DNA of 64,000 nucleotides from positions 2,452-66,451 of the IMG/VR virus record IMGVR_UViG_3300017766_001583; one strand, written 5' to 3'. The position numbers were made by a program, and so were the translations under genes. Shown one piece after another: positions 43,560 to 52,908 of the stretch (positions are counted from its first letter, which is position 1; each line of letters starts with the position of its first letter). Below the pieces are notes generated by a model. That model saw only the letters and a program-made list of their open reading frames with translations. It was not told the origin of the DNA and ran no database searches. Source of the stretch: a virus. Taxonomy: Duplodnaviria; Caudoviricetes.

Positions 43560-46500
43560 GAGCTTCTTGGCGCCTCACGTTTTTAAACGTTTCTACCCGC
43601 AGCTCTTTGATTGGTGCCAACAACTCATTGCGTAGTCTTTGCATTTCTACGATTTCTTTCCTGCGCGCTTGCGGAGTCGTGGTTTTGTCCTTCGATTCGC
43701 CCAACCTTCTGATCTCTGAATTGATTTCTTTAAGCTCTTCTTCGGTTTCGCTAATGTATTCGTACATGCCATCAATGTCGCCGTGCTTCTCGATGTATTT
43801 GTCGGCGGCTTTGTAGTCTTCTCGCTCGATAAGTTTTTTCAGAGTTTCGTGTTTTTCCATGACGATTTCTTTGAAGTCATAGAACAGGTCTTCGTTACCG
43901 CGAGGCACTTCCTCTCGCTTGAACGAACCGGTGATGGGCATCTCGCGAGGAGAAGGGGCCGGTCGAGTAGACGCTTCGATGCTGTTGCTAACCCACTGAG
44001 CCATAGCGCCAGCCGTTCCGAACAATCCGCGAACAATGTGATCCGCCTCCATCGGGTTCAGAGCGCGCTTACTTGTGCCTGGGATGGCCGTCATGGCACT
44101 GAGCTTCTTGCCAAGCTCTGAGGTGCTGGCCACGTATTGTTGCGCTGCCTCTACTCCTTCAACAGACTGAGGAGTGATCTGGCGACCAGTAAAGAAGCTG
44201 TGGTTGATCCCTACCTCCAAAAGCGTTTTGACTCCAGCAGGAATCGGCTCAGGCCCAAGCAATGCATCGCGAGCAAACTCTGCCAACGCTCTACGAAGAC
44301 GCCGCGCATCGTTCTCATTCTTGGTCCCATCTCTGGTGATCTTGTTGTAGATCAGCTCAGGGATGGCCTTGAAGATAAGAGCGGCACTGGTGTTGATCGG
44401 CATCACGATCTTGGTGCCAGGGATCATGATGTTGCGCAGCTTAGTTTGATCGTCCAGCTCATCGTACTCAGGATCGCCGCCAGCCAACATGCAATAAAGA
44501 ATCGTCAAAGTAGACAGCGTAGTCGCGGCAACGGCCAACCGAGCGATTGCTTTCTTGCGGCTCATGCCTTTAAGGCCGCCGCCCTGAAGGCTATTGAGAA
44601 GCACATCAGTCGAGTTCATCCAGGCGCCAATAAATGGCACTGTCTTCACCGCGGCTTGGGCAAACCCAGCGGAGCCATGATGCATGAAGTTAATGACATT
44701 TGCTGCTTGATACAGCGCCTGGGTTTGATCGCCGGTTTCAGCCATGACGCGCTTGTAGACGCCAACGCGCTGAGCCATATCGGAAGAGTCGCCAATGTGA
44801 TCCAACGTTTTGATTACCGCTGAATACACGTTGCGATTCATGATCCCCAGGCGCCGCTTGATCTCGGCCTCCGGGGTACGAGCTGGGCTATGGAATCCAC
44901 CAATACCAGCGGCTTTCAAGATGTCAATCACCGGATCAACGTTGACGCCAGCTTTCTTCATCCCAGGCTGAATAAGGCTAGTCAGGAAGCCTTTCCAAAC
45001 GCCACCGATCAGAGCGATAGGATTGCGAACGCCAGTCACCAGGGCGGCAGTCGGAGCGTCCTTGAACACCTGCTTCACTTGGAACACGCCAGACAGCGTC
45101 ACCCCTCGCCGAGTGAAGTTGGCGACCGCGGCCATCGGCGCCCACATTCTGAGGTTGATGTTCTCCATCCCGTAGATCGAGGCAACGACAACCGGATCTT
45201 GAATCTGAACAACAACCTTCTTGCCATTCACCATCCAGTTGAACTTGCCCTCTTCTGGATTGACTGACGGATAGACGCGGATCTTTCCTTCTGCGTTACG
45301 AACAGCGTACTCAAGCACGATCCTGTTCGATGCAAACTGCCGGATCCCGTTCATCGTCATACGCATAACGTTGCGCGTCATGTTGTCGATGATGTTCTGG
45401 ATCTCGCGGTTGGTTTCAAACGTCACCAAGTCGCCGGCTTCCAAAGCCATGTTGATGCGGACATCGCCTTGAGGTGTGGCCGTCACCAAGTCTGGGCTAA
45501 TCCGCTTGCCGTTGACCTTCACCTTAACCACAGAGGTCGGCTGGATCTTGAAGTCCTGTTGACCAGCAGTAGCGATGATATCCACTACATTGCGGGGACG
45601 GCCGCTCTTGAACAGTTTCTCCCGGCCAATGTTAACCAGCGACCGAGTCGTTGACTGAACAGCTTGCCCAGCAGAGTGAATGTCCTCGTCGTCATTCATG
45701 ATCCGATACCAAGGCACATAGTCCTTGATAGCAGACAGAGTTTCATACCGACCTTGAGATATTAGGCCGACCTGACGCCAGACTCTCAGCAGGTTTTGAT
45801 TGACCGCCGTCCAGTTATCCATAAGCGTGCGCAGCTCAGGATGCTTTTCATCCAGCGCAGCAAACTCATACATCTCCTCTTCGGACATGTTGACTGAGGA
45901 GGCGGCCCTGTTGATTGCTTCCAGATCGACCTTCAGATCATCGACTGCTTTCTTGGCCTCGGCAATATCTTCTGGAGGCGCCATCATCGCTTCCATTGCC
46001 TCAAGATTTTGCTCGGCTCTCTCTAGCGCATCAGTCCGCTCGCGCAGCTCATCCATGATGCTGATCGAACGCTTGGCCTCCAAATAACCCTGAACAATGT
46101 CAGTACCGAGCTGATTCCCAAGGCGCTTCTTGATTGCCGCTTCAGCTTCGTAAACGCCACGCATCCCAAGGTCGCGCTTGACTGCAACAAAGTTACCAAG
46201 CGCTGCGTTGTACTCAAGGCCGCCGCTGAAAATCACTTCAACACCAATGTTGCCGCTACGGATCGCGTTGTCGAGTGCAACAGACGACGTAACAATGTCG
46301 GCACTTGTGCGCAACTGTCCTTGGTAACGGGCAAAGTCCCGAGACTCTAGACCAGCGCCGTACCAAGAAGTCAGGTTACGTGCATTCAGGAGGGCATCGG
46401 TGACATTCCGTTCGGCAGCGGCAGCGGTTTGAATCGGACTTGTGACGGCGTCGGTTACAAAGTCTTTGCCGTTCGTATATGCATTGGTCAGTAAGGTCAG

Positions 46501-49500
46501 GACCGGAGAGTTGTCCAGCATCGGCGTATGCGGCCGGCTGTACCGCTGCATCAGGTCTTGCTCGTCCTGGGTGTTCATCGACATGCTGCTGGCGCGATCT
46601 TGCTCGCTCACATCTCGCGCCTCAACAGCGGCCGCAACGTTTTCGCTTGATTGAATATCAACCAGATTATCTGGACGCCACTTGCCCGCCCGTCGCTGAC
46701 CGCCATCAAAGTAACGAATCTCTACAGGGATGTATTCAACCCCCTCGGCCAAAGCCGCCATGATTCGATGGTTGCCTTCGCTAATCCATGGCACGCCATC
46801 AAACCCAACCTCAATGTATGGAACGTATTCGCCAGACTCTTCAATCGGGAACCGGCCTGTTTCACTGATGATCTTGCGAATAGCAGCAAGGTCTTTTTCG
46901 CGGACGTTCTGTTGTTCGCCGCGCTCTCCCTTTACATCGGTAAACCATCTTGTCGGCACGTACACCGGCCCGCTAAAGTACCCAGTAATCGACCCCATGT
47001 GCGGGACGCCAAACTGATTTCTGGGTTTCTGCATGGCGTACTTAATCTTGCCATCCAGCCACCCTTCGTTTGGAATGTCTTCTTGAAACTTAGCCGTTGG
47101 CTGAATGCTAGGCGCCCCCGTATCCGTCGACATGAAGTATTCTGTGTCGTCTTCATCAGGCGTCAGCACAGGCGGCTGAGCGGTAACGCGATCCATGTAC
47201 TGCGCAAACGTTTCGTCTGGCAAGTACTTGCGAGCTTTCAGTTGCTGATAGAAACGGCGAAGCTGATTGCCGAGCCTCTTGAAGAACTTCTCAACAGCAG
47301 TAACAGGCACCTTGTTGGATACTGCCCAACGTGCTGTTTGGTCGGCGTACCATTCTTCAAACTTACGCCAGTATGGCGGCAGCTCTTCGCCCTTTTGAGT
47401 CGGCGCTGCTTTAACTCGTCGCTGCCCTATGGCGCGACCACGCATAGAGTTAATTACTTCTTGTGCGGTCTTGGTTTTGTGAGTATCAAGCCACTTTTGA
47501 TGCGCGTCTTTTAGAGCCTTCTTGTCTGCTTCGCTGGCTCTTTCATAAACAGTTTTTTGATGAACGTGCCCAAGTTCATGAGCAAGAATCTCAAGCATGA
47601 ATGTTGGGCTAGTAGACTTGGTGAACAAGATGTAATGACTACCATCTGGCATCAGCCTTGTTGAGCCAAGATCATTTCGGTTTAATGTTCCAGACCCGAC
47701 CCTTCGGTGCGGACCGGTGTAATCGTTTTTATGAAGCCGAGCGTCTTCGATAGTCGCGATATAGATTGGAACGTCAAGCTTTAGCAGCTTCTTCCACTCG
47801 CGAACGATGCCTTCAATCTCAGGGGATACGCTCTCTGAAACAGCAACGCCATCCACAAACTTAATGAATGGGTTAGCCTTGTGTTTTTCCGCGGCGTCTT
47901 GCTCGGCCTTCTTTTTGGCCTCAATCATCTCCTGCTTGATGCTTGGGCTAACGCCGGTTCCGGTGTATTTCTCAATATCCTTTATGGAGCGTTGCCTGCC
48001 AAACGTAGCAACATAAACAGGGTCGCCGGTTTTATCGTCATAGGCGCGGATTAAAGCGTTGTCGCCTTTTCTCCAAACGATTTCTCCGCCAGTATCCCTG
48101 GCGTGACCCGCCGCGTTCTTTTTGTATGCCGCCTCAAGCTCTTTCTCAAACTCTGTTTCTTCTTTGGCTTCCGGCTCCGCCGCCTTCGGCTGCTCGGCAG
48201 GAATTGCCTGCAAGTATTTGCCAAACTGGCTACGTTGACTTCCAATGCCGCCGCTGGTGACGTTGATGCTGGCATCTTTGGAGATGACGCCATCTTCTTG
48301 CAGTCTTGCAACCGCTGCTCGCATGACCCGTTGGTACTGTTTGCCACCAACGATCAAGACATCTTTAATGCCATCTGGCCAGTCGATACTGTCCATGTCC
48401 CTTTGCAAAGTCAGAAGAAACTCTTCCGCTTTTTCTGGGGTCATAACCTGATCGTATGGCTCGATCTCTTTAGTTGGTTCAATGAACCCGTGCTTTGCCG
48501 ACAGGATGACAATGTTCGGTTCGGCGCCGCTCTTCTGGTTGCTTTTAAGCGTTTGGAAAAATACGCCCTTGTAAAGCTCCATGGCAGGAGCCTTCGCATC
48601 GCCTTTGGTATCGCAGCATGGCATCAATACCAATCGGTTCTTAGCAGGCAAGTCTGGATCAACAGGCTTGCCATTCACCACCTTATCGCCGGCCGCCTCT
48701 AGGGCTTCTGCCTGCTTTTTCTGATCATACGCAATCAAGTCTCTTCGACGCGACAACTCTGCCGGTGTCAAGACTTTGCCAGGAGTCTTTGCCGCGGCTT
48801 CCATTTCTTTGCGAGCCTGCCGAATGTTTGCAGGCTCAACTTCTTTGGGTTTTGCCGCTGGCTTTTCAGCTTTTGTTGCCCGCGGTTTTTTGGCAGGCTT
48901 TTCCAATTTTGCAAACGGTTCGGAAGGCAAGCCTAATTTGCTAATTGGGTTGTTATAAAACTCTGCGGCTGCCTTGTCATAAGCCTTTTCCTCGGCCAAG
49001 AATTCTTCTTTGCTGATCTTGTTGTCGCGATAATCAGCCATGGCTTGGACAAGACGCTCGCCTGCTTTGCGATAAATCCCTAATGCCGCCTGATACTCGG
49101 CGGTCCGGGCGTCCTCGCCAGTCTTAATCTCTGGCTCAGAAACATCTTCTGCTGGCTTTTCGGCTCTTGCTTCTCGCAGCTTCTTGACGCGCTCTTCCTT
49201 GGTTTCTGTAGGCTCAGTAGGCTCGTTAAGCTTGCGAATCGTTTCGCTAAACTTTACCGATTCCTTGTTATATTCCTCTTGTGCGGCTGCAAGTTCTTCT
49301 TTGCTAATCTCTTTGTTGCGATAAGCGGACTCAGCCTTTCCAAGCCGCTCGGTTGCTCTGCGAAGCGGCTCATATGCCGCTTGATACCCTGGGGACGGCG
49401 CGTTCTCGCCAGTAAATAGGTCGCCAGTAGGAGCGGCCTGCTCTTCAGATGGGGGCGCCGTCAGCCCAAACAGATCGACCTCTCGATCCGCGATTACCTT

Positions 49501-52500
49501 GCGCTCCTTCTCTTCTTTCTCTGCCGCTTCCTTATCTTCCCTGGCCTGACGCTCAGCCTCGGACTCGGAGGTCAGCTCAAACGGCGTTGCACCAATGGCT
49601 TCTCTGATCTCGGCGATTGCCTCGGAGTTGCTGTGCCAGTTGTCCCACTTAGCCTTGAGTTGCCTAAGCTCGGCCTCCCGGCGCTTCACCGCATCGAGAT
49701 CATTGACGTTGATGCCCTCTGCCTTGGCAAGCTCTGGGCGCTTGGCCACTCCGCTAATAGCAGACAGCCGGTTCTGTACTTCGCGCTGCTTCTTGGCGGC
49801 ATAGTCCGCCATGGCCGCGGCTTCTTCCAGGGCAGCAGTGTCATCACCAAAGATGTCTCGCGTGGTACCGCGCAAGCCACCGCTAGACATAACCCTCACG
49901 GCCTGCATGAGGTTGGTGGCCATGTTGATGGACTTGCCATCAAGCACGGCCTTCATGCCTACGCCTTGGAGCTTCGCATCGTTGGGGGCGTTGAGGGCGA
50001 TGTAGAACGCATCGTTGTCGGTGATTTGATCGGCTCTAAGCGACTCGATGAGTTCATCGCTGCCTTGATTTCCGATTGTGAAACCCCGCTTGCCCTTATC
50101 CCTTGCCAGAAATCCTTTTGACTCGGCGGTTTCCCGGTCCATGCCGCTTTCTTTGAAGTAGTTGACATAGTCCTTTACCTGTCCTTGATCGTCGCGAACG
50201 TTAAGTTCCGCGTCCTTGATGGCCGCGTCTTTTGCTGTGAACCCCTGGCTTTCGTAATAGACTTGCGCCGGAATTGTTTCTTCGCCGCTACGCTTTGCCA
50301 GATCAAACCGGTGCCGGCCAGAGATCACCTCAAGCGATCCGTCTAGTCTTTGCCACACGGCAATAGGAGCAAGTCCTTCTCTAGAGAACTTGCCACCCAG
50401 GGGTTTAACAACCCCCCTTTTGTCCGCCCCGTACTTAAACTGCGGCACATCTTCCGACAGTCTCAGCATCTTGATCGGCACATCTACGCTTGGCAGATCG
50501 GCATCTTGATGTTGCGGCGCTGCCGGCTCAAATGGTTTGACCGGCTTGACCGGCGCTACCGTTGGCGTGTCGGGAAGTCGAGCGGCGGCAGTGGTCGGGG
50601 CGACCGATCCTTTGAATGACGGGCCTTTGCCGGCCGGAGTGAAGGGCAGCTCGCCGGTAGCAGCGGCACCAGTAACAGGTGTTACTGGTGGAGCTTCGGC
50701 GGCAGGAGCGGTGCGAGTAACAGGTGTTACTGGCAGCTCTTCAATCTCATCGCCCGTTGGCATTCCTGGCACAACAGGTACAGTCGTTGGGGCTGCGGGC
50801 GTGGCTGGCGCTCCCCCCATCGTTGGCTCGACACGCTCACCCGGAGTGGGCGGCAGGGGGCCGGCTCCGATTGTAGGTTCGACGCGGCCAGGGCGTTCTG
50901 GGGCGACAAAATCTGCACTGATAGTCGGCTCAGTCCGGCCGGCACGTACTGTTTGCGTACCATCGACCGCGGACTGCGCTCGCAATCCCGCCATGGTCGG
51001 CTCAACTCTTTCTGCGTCTTTCCCAATGGCGCGAGCAACCGCCATCTTGGAGCTTACTGCCGGCAGAACCTTCTCAGAAAAGGCACGCTCTGACTTGCTT
51101 GCGCCATAGATTGCCGCATTAGACGCACCGGACTGGATGACCGTCTGCCTCAGTGTTTCGGCGGCTTGCTCCATGTAGTCTTTAAGTCCGGCGTTCTGAT
51201 TGAGGCCGAGACCAGGAAGTTTGTCTACAAGGAATTGCGACAGAGTGGTTGCTTGTTCAGAAGGGATCTCTTTAAGGAAAGCCGCCGTAAGGTAACCAGA
51301 CAGGTCTTTGGTTGGGACTCTATCAATCACCCCGCGAATAGCCTTGAGCTGATCGCCCAGGCCATAACGCTCAAACAGAATCTCCGACACAGCCATCAGG
51401 CCAGCTCTAGATCCCGCCTCGTTTGGCTTCAGTCCGGCACTGCGACCTTGCCCGTAGTTTTGCGAGAACACTTCAATGCCAGCCTGCGCCAACACTGGGA
51501 GAGCCGTTCCGGTCATCGCCCCAAGAACCATCATGGGCGCTTGGCCGCCGAGACTTGCAATGGCTTGCTGTGCAGACCGCTCCGCTATGCTATCGCCTTT
51601 GGGAATCGCCTCGCCCTTGGCAGTCTCAAGCTTGCGGTAATACGATAGATTCTTTTGCAGCTCATTGTCGCCGGCTACGTCTGCATAGATTTGCGCCAGA
51701 CCAAGACCAGTTTGCCTAGCTCTTGTGCCAATCTCTGCGCCAACGCGAGCGCCAAATCCAGCGCCTTCCATTTTTTGCTTGACTTGCTGTCCCGCAAGAG
51801 CCGCCTGCTCGGCAGCTACATCTCGCACCGCGGATGGCAAAACTTGAGGAGTAACGCCTCGACGCAGTGACTGCGCAGCCCATGCTTTCGCAGACTGCGG
51901 ATCCATCCCGCCTTTGACCTCAAGCTTTCTGGCTTGGGCCTCCAGCCTGGGATCAAATACTTGCTGAGCTTCAGGCGTCAGCTTGTCCATCGCCTGATAC
52001 CGACCCTGAATGTCCCTGGCTGCTCGGCCATACGCATCGTTGCGCTGTACCAGTCTGGCCAGCACTTTGTCGCGAGACTCTTTCGGAACGGCGTTGAGTT
52101 CTGTCTCTACAGCCTGGATAAACTTTGGATCGACAACGTAACGCTCGGCACTAGGCAACGGCTCTTGCTTGCCCTGTCCAGCGACATAGCCGGCCATGAC
52201 TGACTCGGGCTTTTTGATTGGTTGCCCACGCCCGCCAATAGCACTCCACTTCTCTGGAGTCATCTTCGCTTGAATCGTATTAGCCGGCTTTTGCGAATCC
52301 GCGACAGGCTGAGGAATCGTATTAGCCGGCTTTTGCGAATCTGTGGCTGGCTGCGCTGCGGCCGGCACATCAAACTGGTCAAACGGATTTGGCGTAGCCT
52401 TCTGTGGCTCAGCCTTCCTTGCGCTCTGTCCAAGCCCCATGTTCACCCCGGCGCTAATACTTTCGGGTGTGAACGTAGAACCAAAAGCTCTCTGCCCCTT

Positions 52501-52902
52501 CTCTTGAACGCCAATAGCAGTGATGAGCTTAGACATCACCGCTGGGTCTTGCATGTTCAGCGGAGCATTGGGATCAACGCCAAGCGCCCTCGATACATTG
52601 GCAATGTATGCGGCAGTCGGGTTGTTGTCCGACGGCGGCGCCCAGGTAGAGATGATCTTGGATACGGTATTGATACCGCGCTTGTTGTATGCCAACAGGT
52701 TTTGAACGTTGGCCGCTACCCCTTCTTCCGGTGACGCAAACGAACGGAACTGCGAGCTTCCAACTTCTCGCAGGTTTCCTACGTTGTATGGGTTTGGGCC
52801 TGTTGGCCTTGGCGCTTTTGGCGCGTCGAATTGATCAAACGGATTGGCAGTCGGAACTGGCGCAGGCTTCGGGTCGAATTGATCAAACGGATTCGCGGCC
52901 AT
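43549..52902 (-). CDS. 3117-aa polyvalent internal virion (DNA ejection) protein
   Basis: Lysozyme-like domain (GNL...WAPPSDNNPTAAY), ParB-like VISGRHR and SEGNHR, DUF6884-like ILSAKHG, HELGH zincin, LPD38-like C-terminus. Confidence 0.85.
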   Translation of the reverse strand: MAANPFDQFDPKPAPVPTANPFDQFDAPKAPRPTGPNPYNVGNLREVGSSQFRSFASPEEGVAANVQNLLAYNKRGINTVSKIISTWAPPSDNNPTAAYIANVSRALGVDPNAPLNMQDPAVMSKLITAIGVQEKGQRAFGSTFTPESISAGVNMGLGQSARKAEPQKATPNPFDQFDVPAAAQPATDSQKPANTIPQPVADSQKPANTIQAKMTPEKWSAIGGRGQPIKKPESVMAGYVAGQGKQEPLPSAERYVVDPKFIQAVETELNAVPKESRDKVLARLVQRNDAYGRAARDIQGRYQAMDKLTPEAQQVFDPRLEAQARKLEVKGGMDPQSAKAWAAQSLRRGVTPQVLPSAVRDVAAEQAALAGQQVKQKMEGAGFGARVGAEIGTRARQTGLGLAQIYADVAGDNELQKNLSYYRKLETAKGEAIPKGDSIAERSAQQAIASLGGQAPMMVLGAMTGTALPVLAQAGIEVFSQNYGQGRSAGLKPNEAGSRAGLMAVSEILFERYGLGDQLKAIRGVIDRVPTKDLSGYLTAAFLKEIPSEQATTLSQFLVDKLPGLGLNQNAGLKDYMEQAAETLRQTVIQSGASNAAIYGASKSERAFSEKVLPAVSSKMAVARAIGKDAERVEPTMAGLRAQSAVDGTQTVRAGRTEPTISADFVAPERPGRVEPTIGAGPLPPTPGERVEPTMGGAPATPAAPTTVPVVPGMPTGDEIEELPVTPVTRTAPAAEAPPVTPVTGAAATGELPFTPAGKGPSFKGSVAPTTAAARLPDTPTVAPVKPVKPFEPAAPQHQDADLPSVDVPIKMLRLSEDVPQFKYGADKRGVVKPLGGKFSREGLAPIAVWQRLDGSLEVISGRHRFDLAKRSGEETIPAQVYYESQGFTAKDAAIKDAELNVRDDQGQVKDYVNYFKESGMDRETAESKGFLARDKGKRGFTIGNQGSDELIESLRADQITDNDAFYIALNAPNDAKLQGVGMKAVLDGKSINMATNLMQAVRVMSSGGLRGTTRDIFGDDTAALEEAAAMADYAAKKQREVQNRLSAISGVAKRPELAKAEGINVNDLDAVKRREAELRQLKAKWDNWHSNSEAIAEIREAIGATPFELTSESEAERQAREDKEAAEKEEKERKVIADREVDLFGLTAPPSEEQAAPTGDLFTGENAPSPGYQAAYEPLRRATERLGKAESAYRNKEISKEELAAAQEEYNKESVKFSETIRKLNEPTEPTETKEERVKKLREARAEKPAEDVSEPEIKTGEDARTAEYQAALGIYRKAGERLVQAMADYRDNKISKEEFLAEEKAYDKAAAEFYNNPISKLGLPSEPFAKLEKPAKKPRATKAEKPAAKPKEVEPANIRQARKEMEAAAKTPGKVLTPAELSRRRDLIAYDQKKQAEALEAAGDKVVNGKPVDPDLPAKNRLVLMPCCDTKGDAKAPAMELYKGVFFQTLKSNQKSGAEPNIVILSAKHGFIEPTKEIEPYDQVMTPEKAEEFLLTLQRDMDSIDWPDGIKDVLIVGGKQYQRVMRAAVARLQEDGVISKDASINVTSGGIGSQRSQFGKYLQAIPAEQPKAAEPEAKEETEFEKELEAAYKKNAAGHARDTGGEIVWRKGDNALIRAYDDKTGDPVYVATFGRQRSIKDIEKYTGTGVSPSIKQEMIEAKKKAEQDAAEKHKANPFIKFVDGVAVSESVSPEIEGIVREWKKLLKLDVPIYIATIEDARLHKNDYTGPHRRVGSGTLNRNDLGSTRLMPDGSHYILFTKSTSPTFMLEILAHELGHVHQKTVYERASEADKKALKDAHQKWLDTHKTKTAQEVINSMRGRAIGQRRVKAAPTQKGEELPPYWRKFEEWYADQTARWAVSNKVPVTAVEKFFKRLGNQLRRFYQQLKARKYLPDETFAQYMDRVTAQPPVLTPDEDDTEYFMSTDTGAPSIQPTAKFQEDIPNEGWLDGKIKYAMQKPRNQFGVPHMGSITGYFSGPVYVPTRWFTDVKGERGEQQNVREKDLAAIRKIISETGRFPIEESGEYVPYIEVGFDGVPWISEGNHRIMAALAEGVEYIPVEIRYFDGGQRRAGKWRPDNLVDIQSSENVAAAVEARDVSEQDRASSMSMNTQDEQDLMQRYSRPHTPMLDNSPVLTLLTNAYTNGKDFVTDAVTSPIQTAAAAERNVTDALLNARNLTSWYGAGLESRDFARYQGQLRTSADIVTSSVALDNAIRSGNIGVEVIFSGGLEYNAALGNFVAVKRDLGMRGVYEAEAAIKKRLGNQLGTDIVQGYLEAKRSISIMDELRERTDALERAEQNLEAMEAMMAPPEDIAEAKKAVDDLKVDLEAINRAASSVNMSEEEMYEFAALDEKHPELRTLMDNWTAVNQNLLRVWRQVGLISQGRYETLSAIKDYVPWYRIMNDDEDIHSAGQAVQSTTRSLVNIGREKLFKSGRPRNVVDIIATAGQQDFKIQPTSVVKVKVNGKRISPDLVTATPQGDVRINMALEAGDLVTFETNREIQNIIDNMTRNVMRMTMNGIRQFASNRIVLEYAVRNAEGKIRVYPSVNPEEGKFNWMVNGKKVVVQIQDPVVVASIYGMENINLRMWAPMAAVANFTRRGVTLSGVFQVKQVFKDAPTAALVTGVRNPIALIGGVWKGFLTSLIQPGMKKAGVNVDPVIDILKAAGIGGFHSPARTPEAEIKRRLGIMNRNVYSAVIKTLDHIGDSSDMAQRVGVYKRVMAETGDQTQALYQAANVINFMHHGSAGFAQAAVKTVPFIGAWMNSTDVLLNSLQGGGLKGMSRKKAIARLAVAATTLSTLTILYCMLAGGDPEYDELDDQTKLRNIMIPGTKIVMPINTSAALIFKAIPELIYNKITRDGTKNENDARRLRRALAEFARDALLGPEPIPAGVKTLLEVGINHSFFTGRQITPQSVEGVEAAQQYVASTSELGKKLSAMTAIPGTSKRALNPMEADHIVRGLFGTAGAMAQWVSNSIEASTRPAPSPREMPITGSFKREEVPRGNEDLFYDFKEIVMEKHETLKKLIEREDYKAADKYIEKHGDIDGMYEYISETEEELKEINSEIRRLGESKDKTTTPQARRKEIVEMQRLRNELLAPIKELRVETFKNVRRQEALTE
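50669..50731. repeat. Two AGTAACA-GG-TGTTACT palindromes within the giant gene
   Basis: At 50671-50686 and 50716-50731; encode PVTPVT. Confidence 0.8.
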
Positions 52903-52908
52903 ATTTCT

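Noticed and set aside
46651-47514. 287-aa plus-strand ORF and the many other ORFs opposite the giant gene
   Set aside because: Antisense shadows with no domain signatures
52370-52902. NPF tripeptides as eukaryotic EH-domain ligands
   Set aside because: Bacteriophage context; NPFDQFD repeats are better explained as N-terminal repeats of ejection proteins
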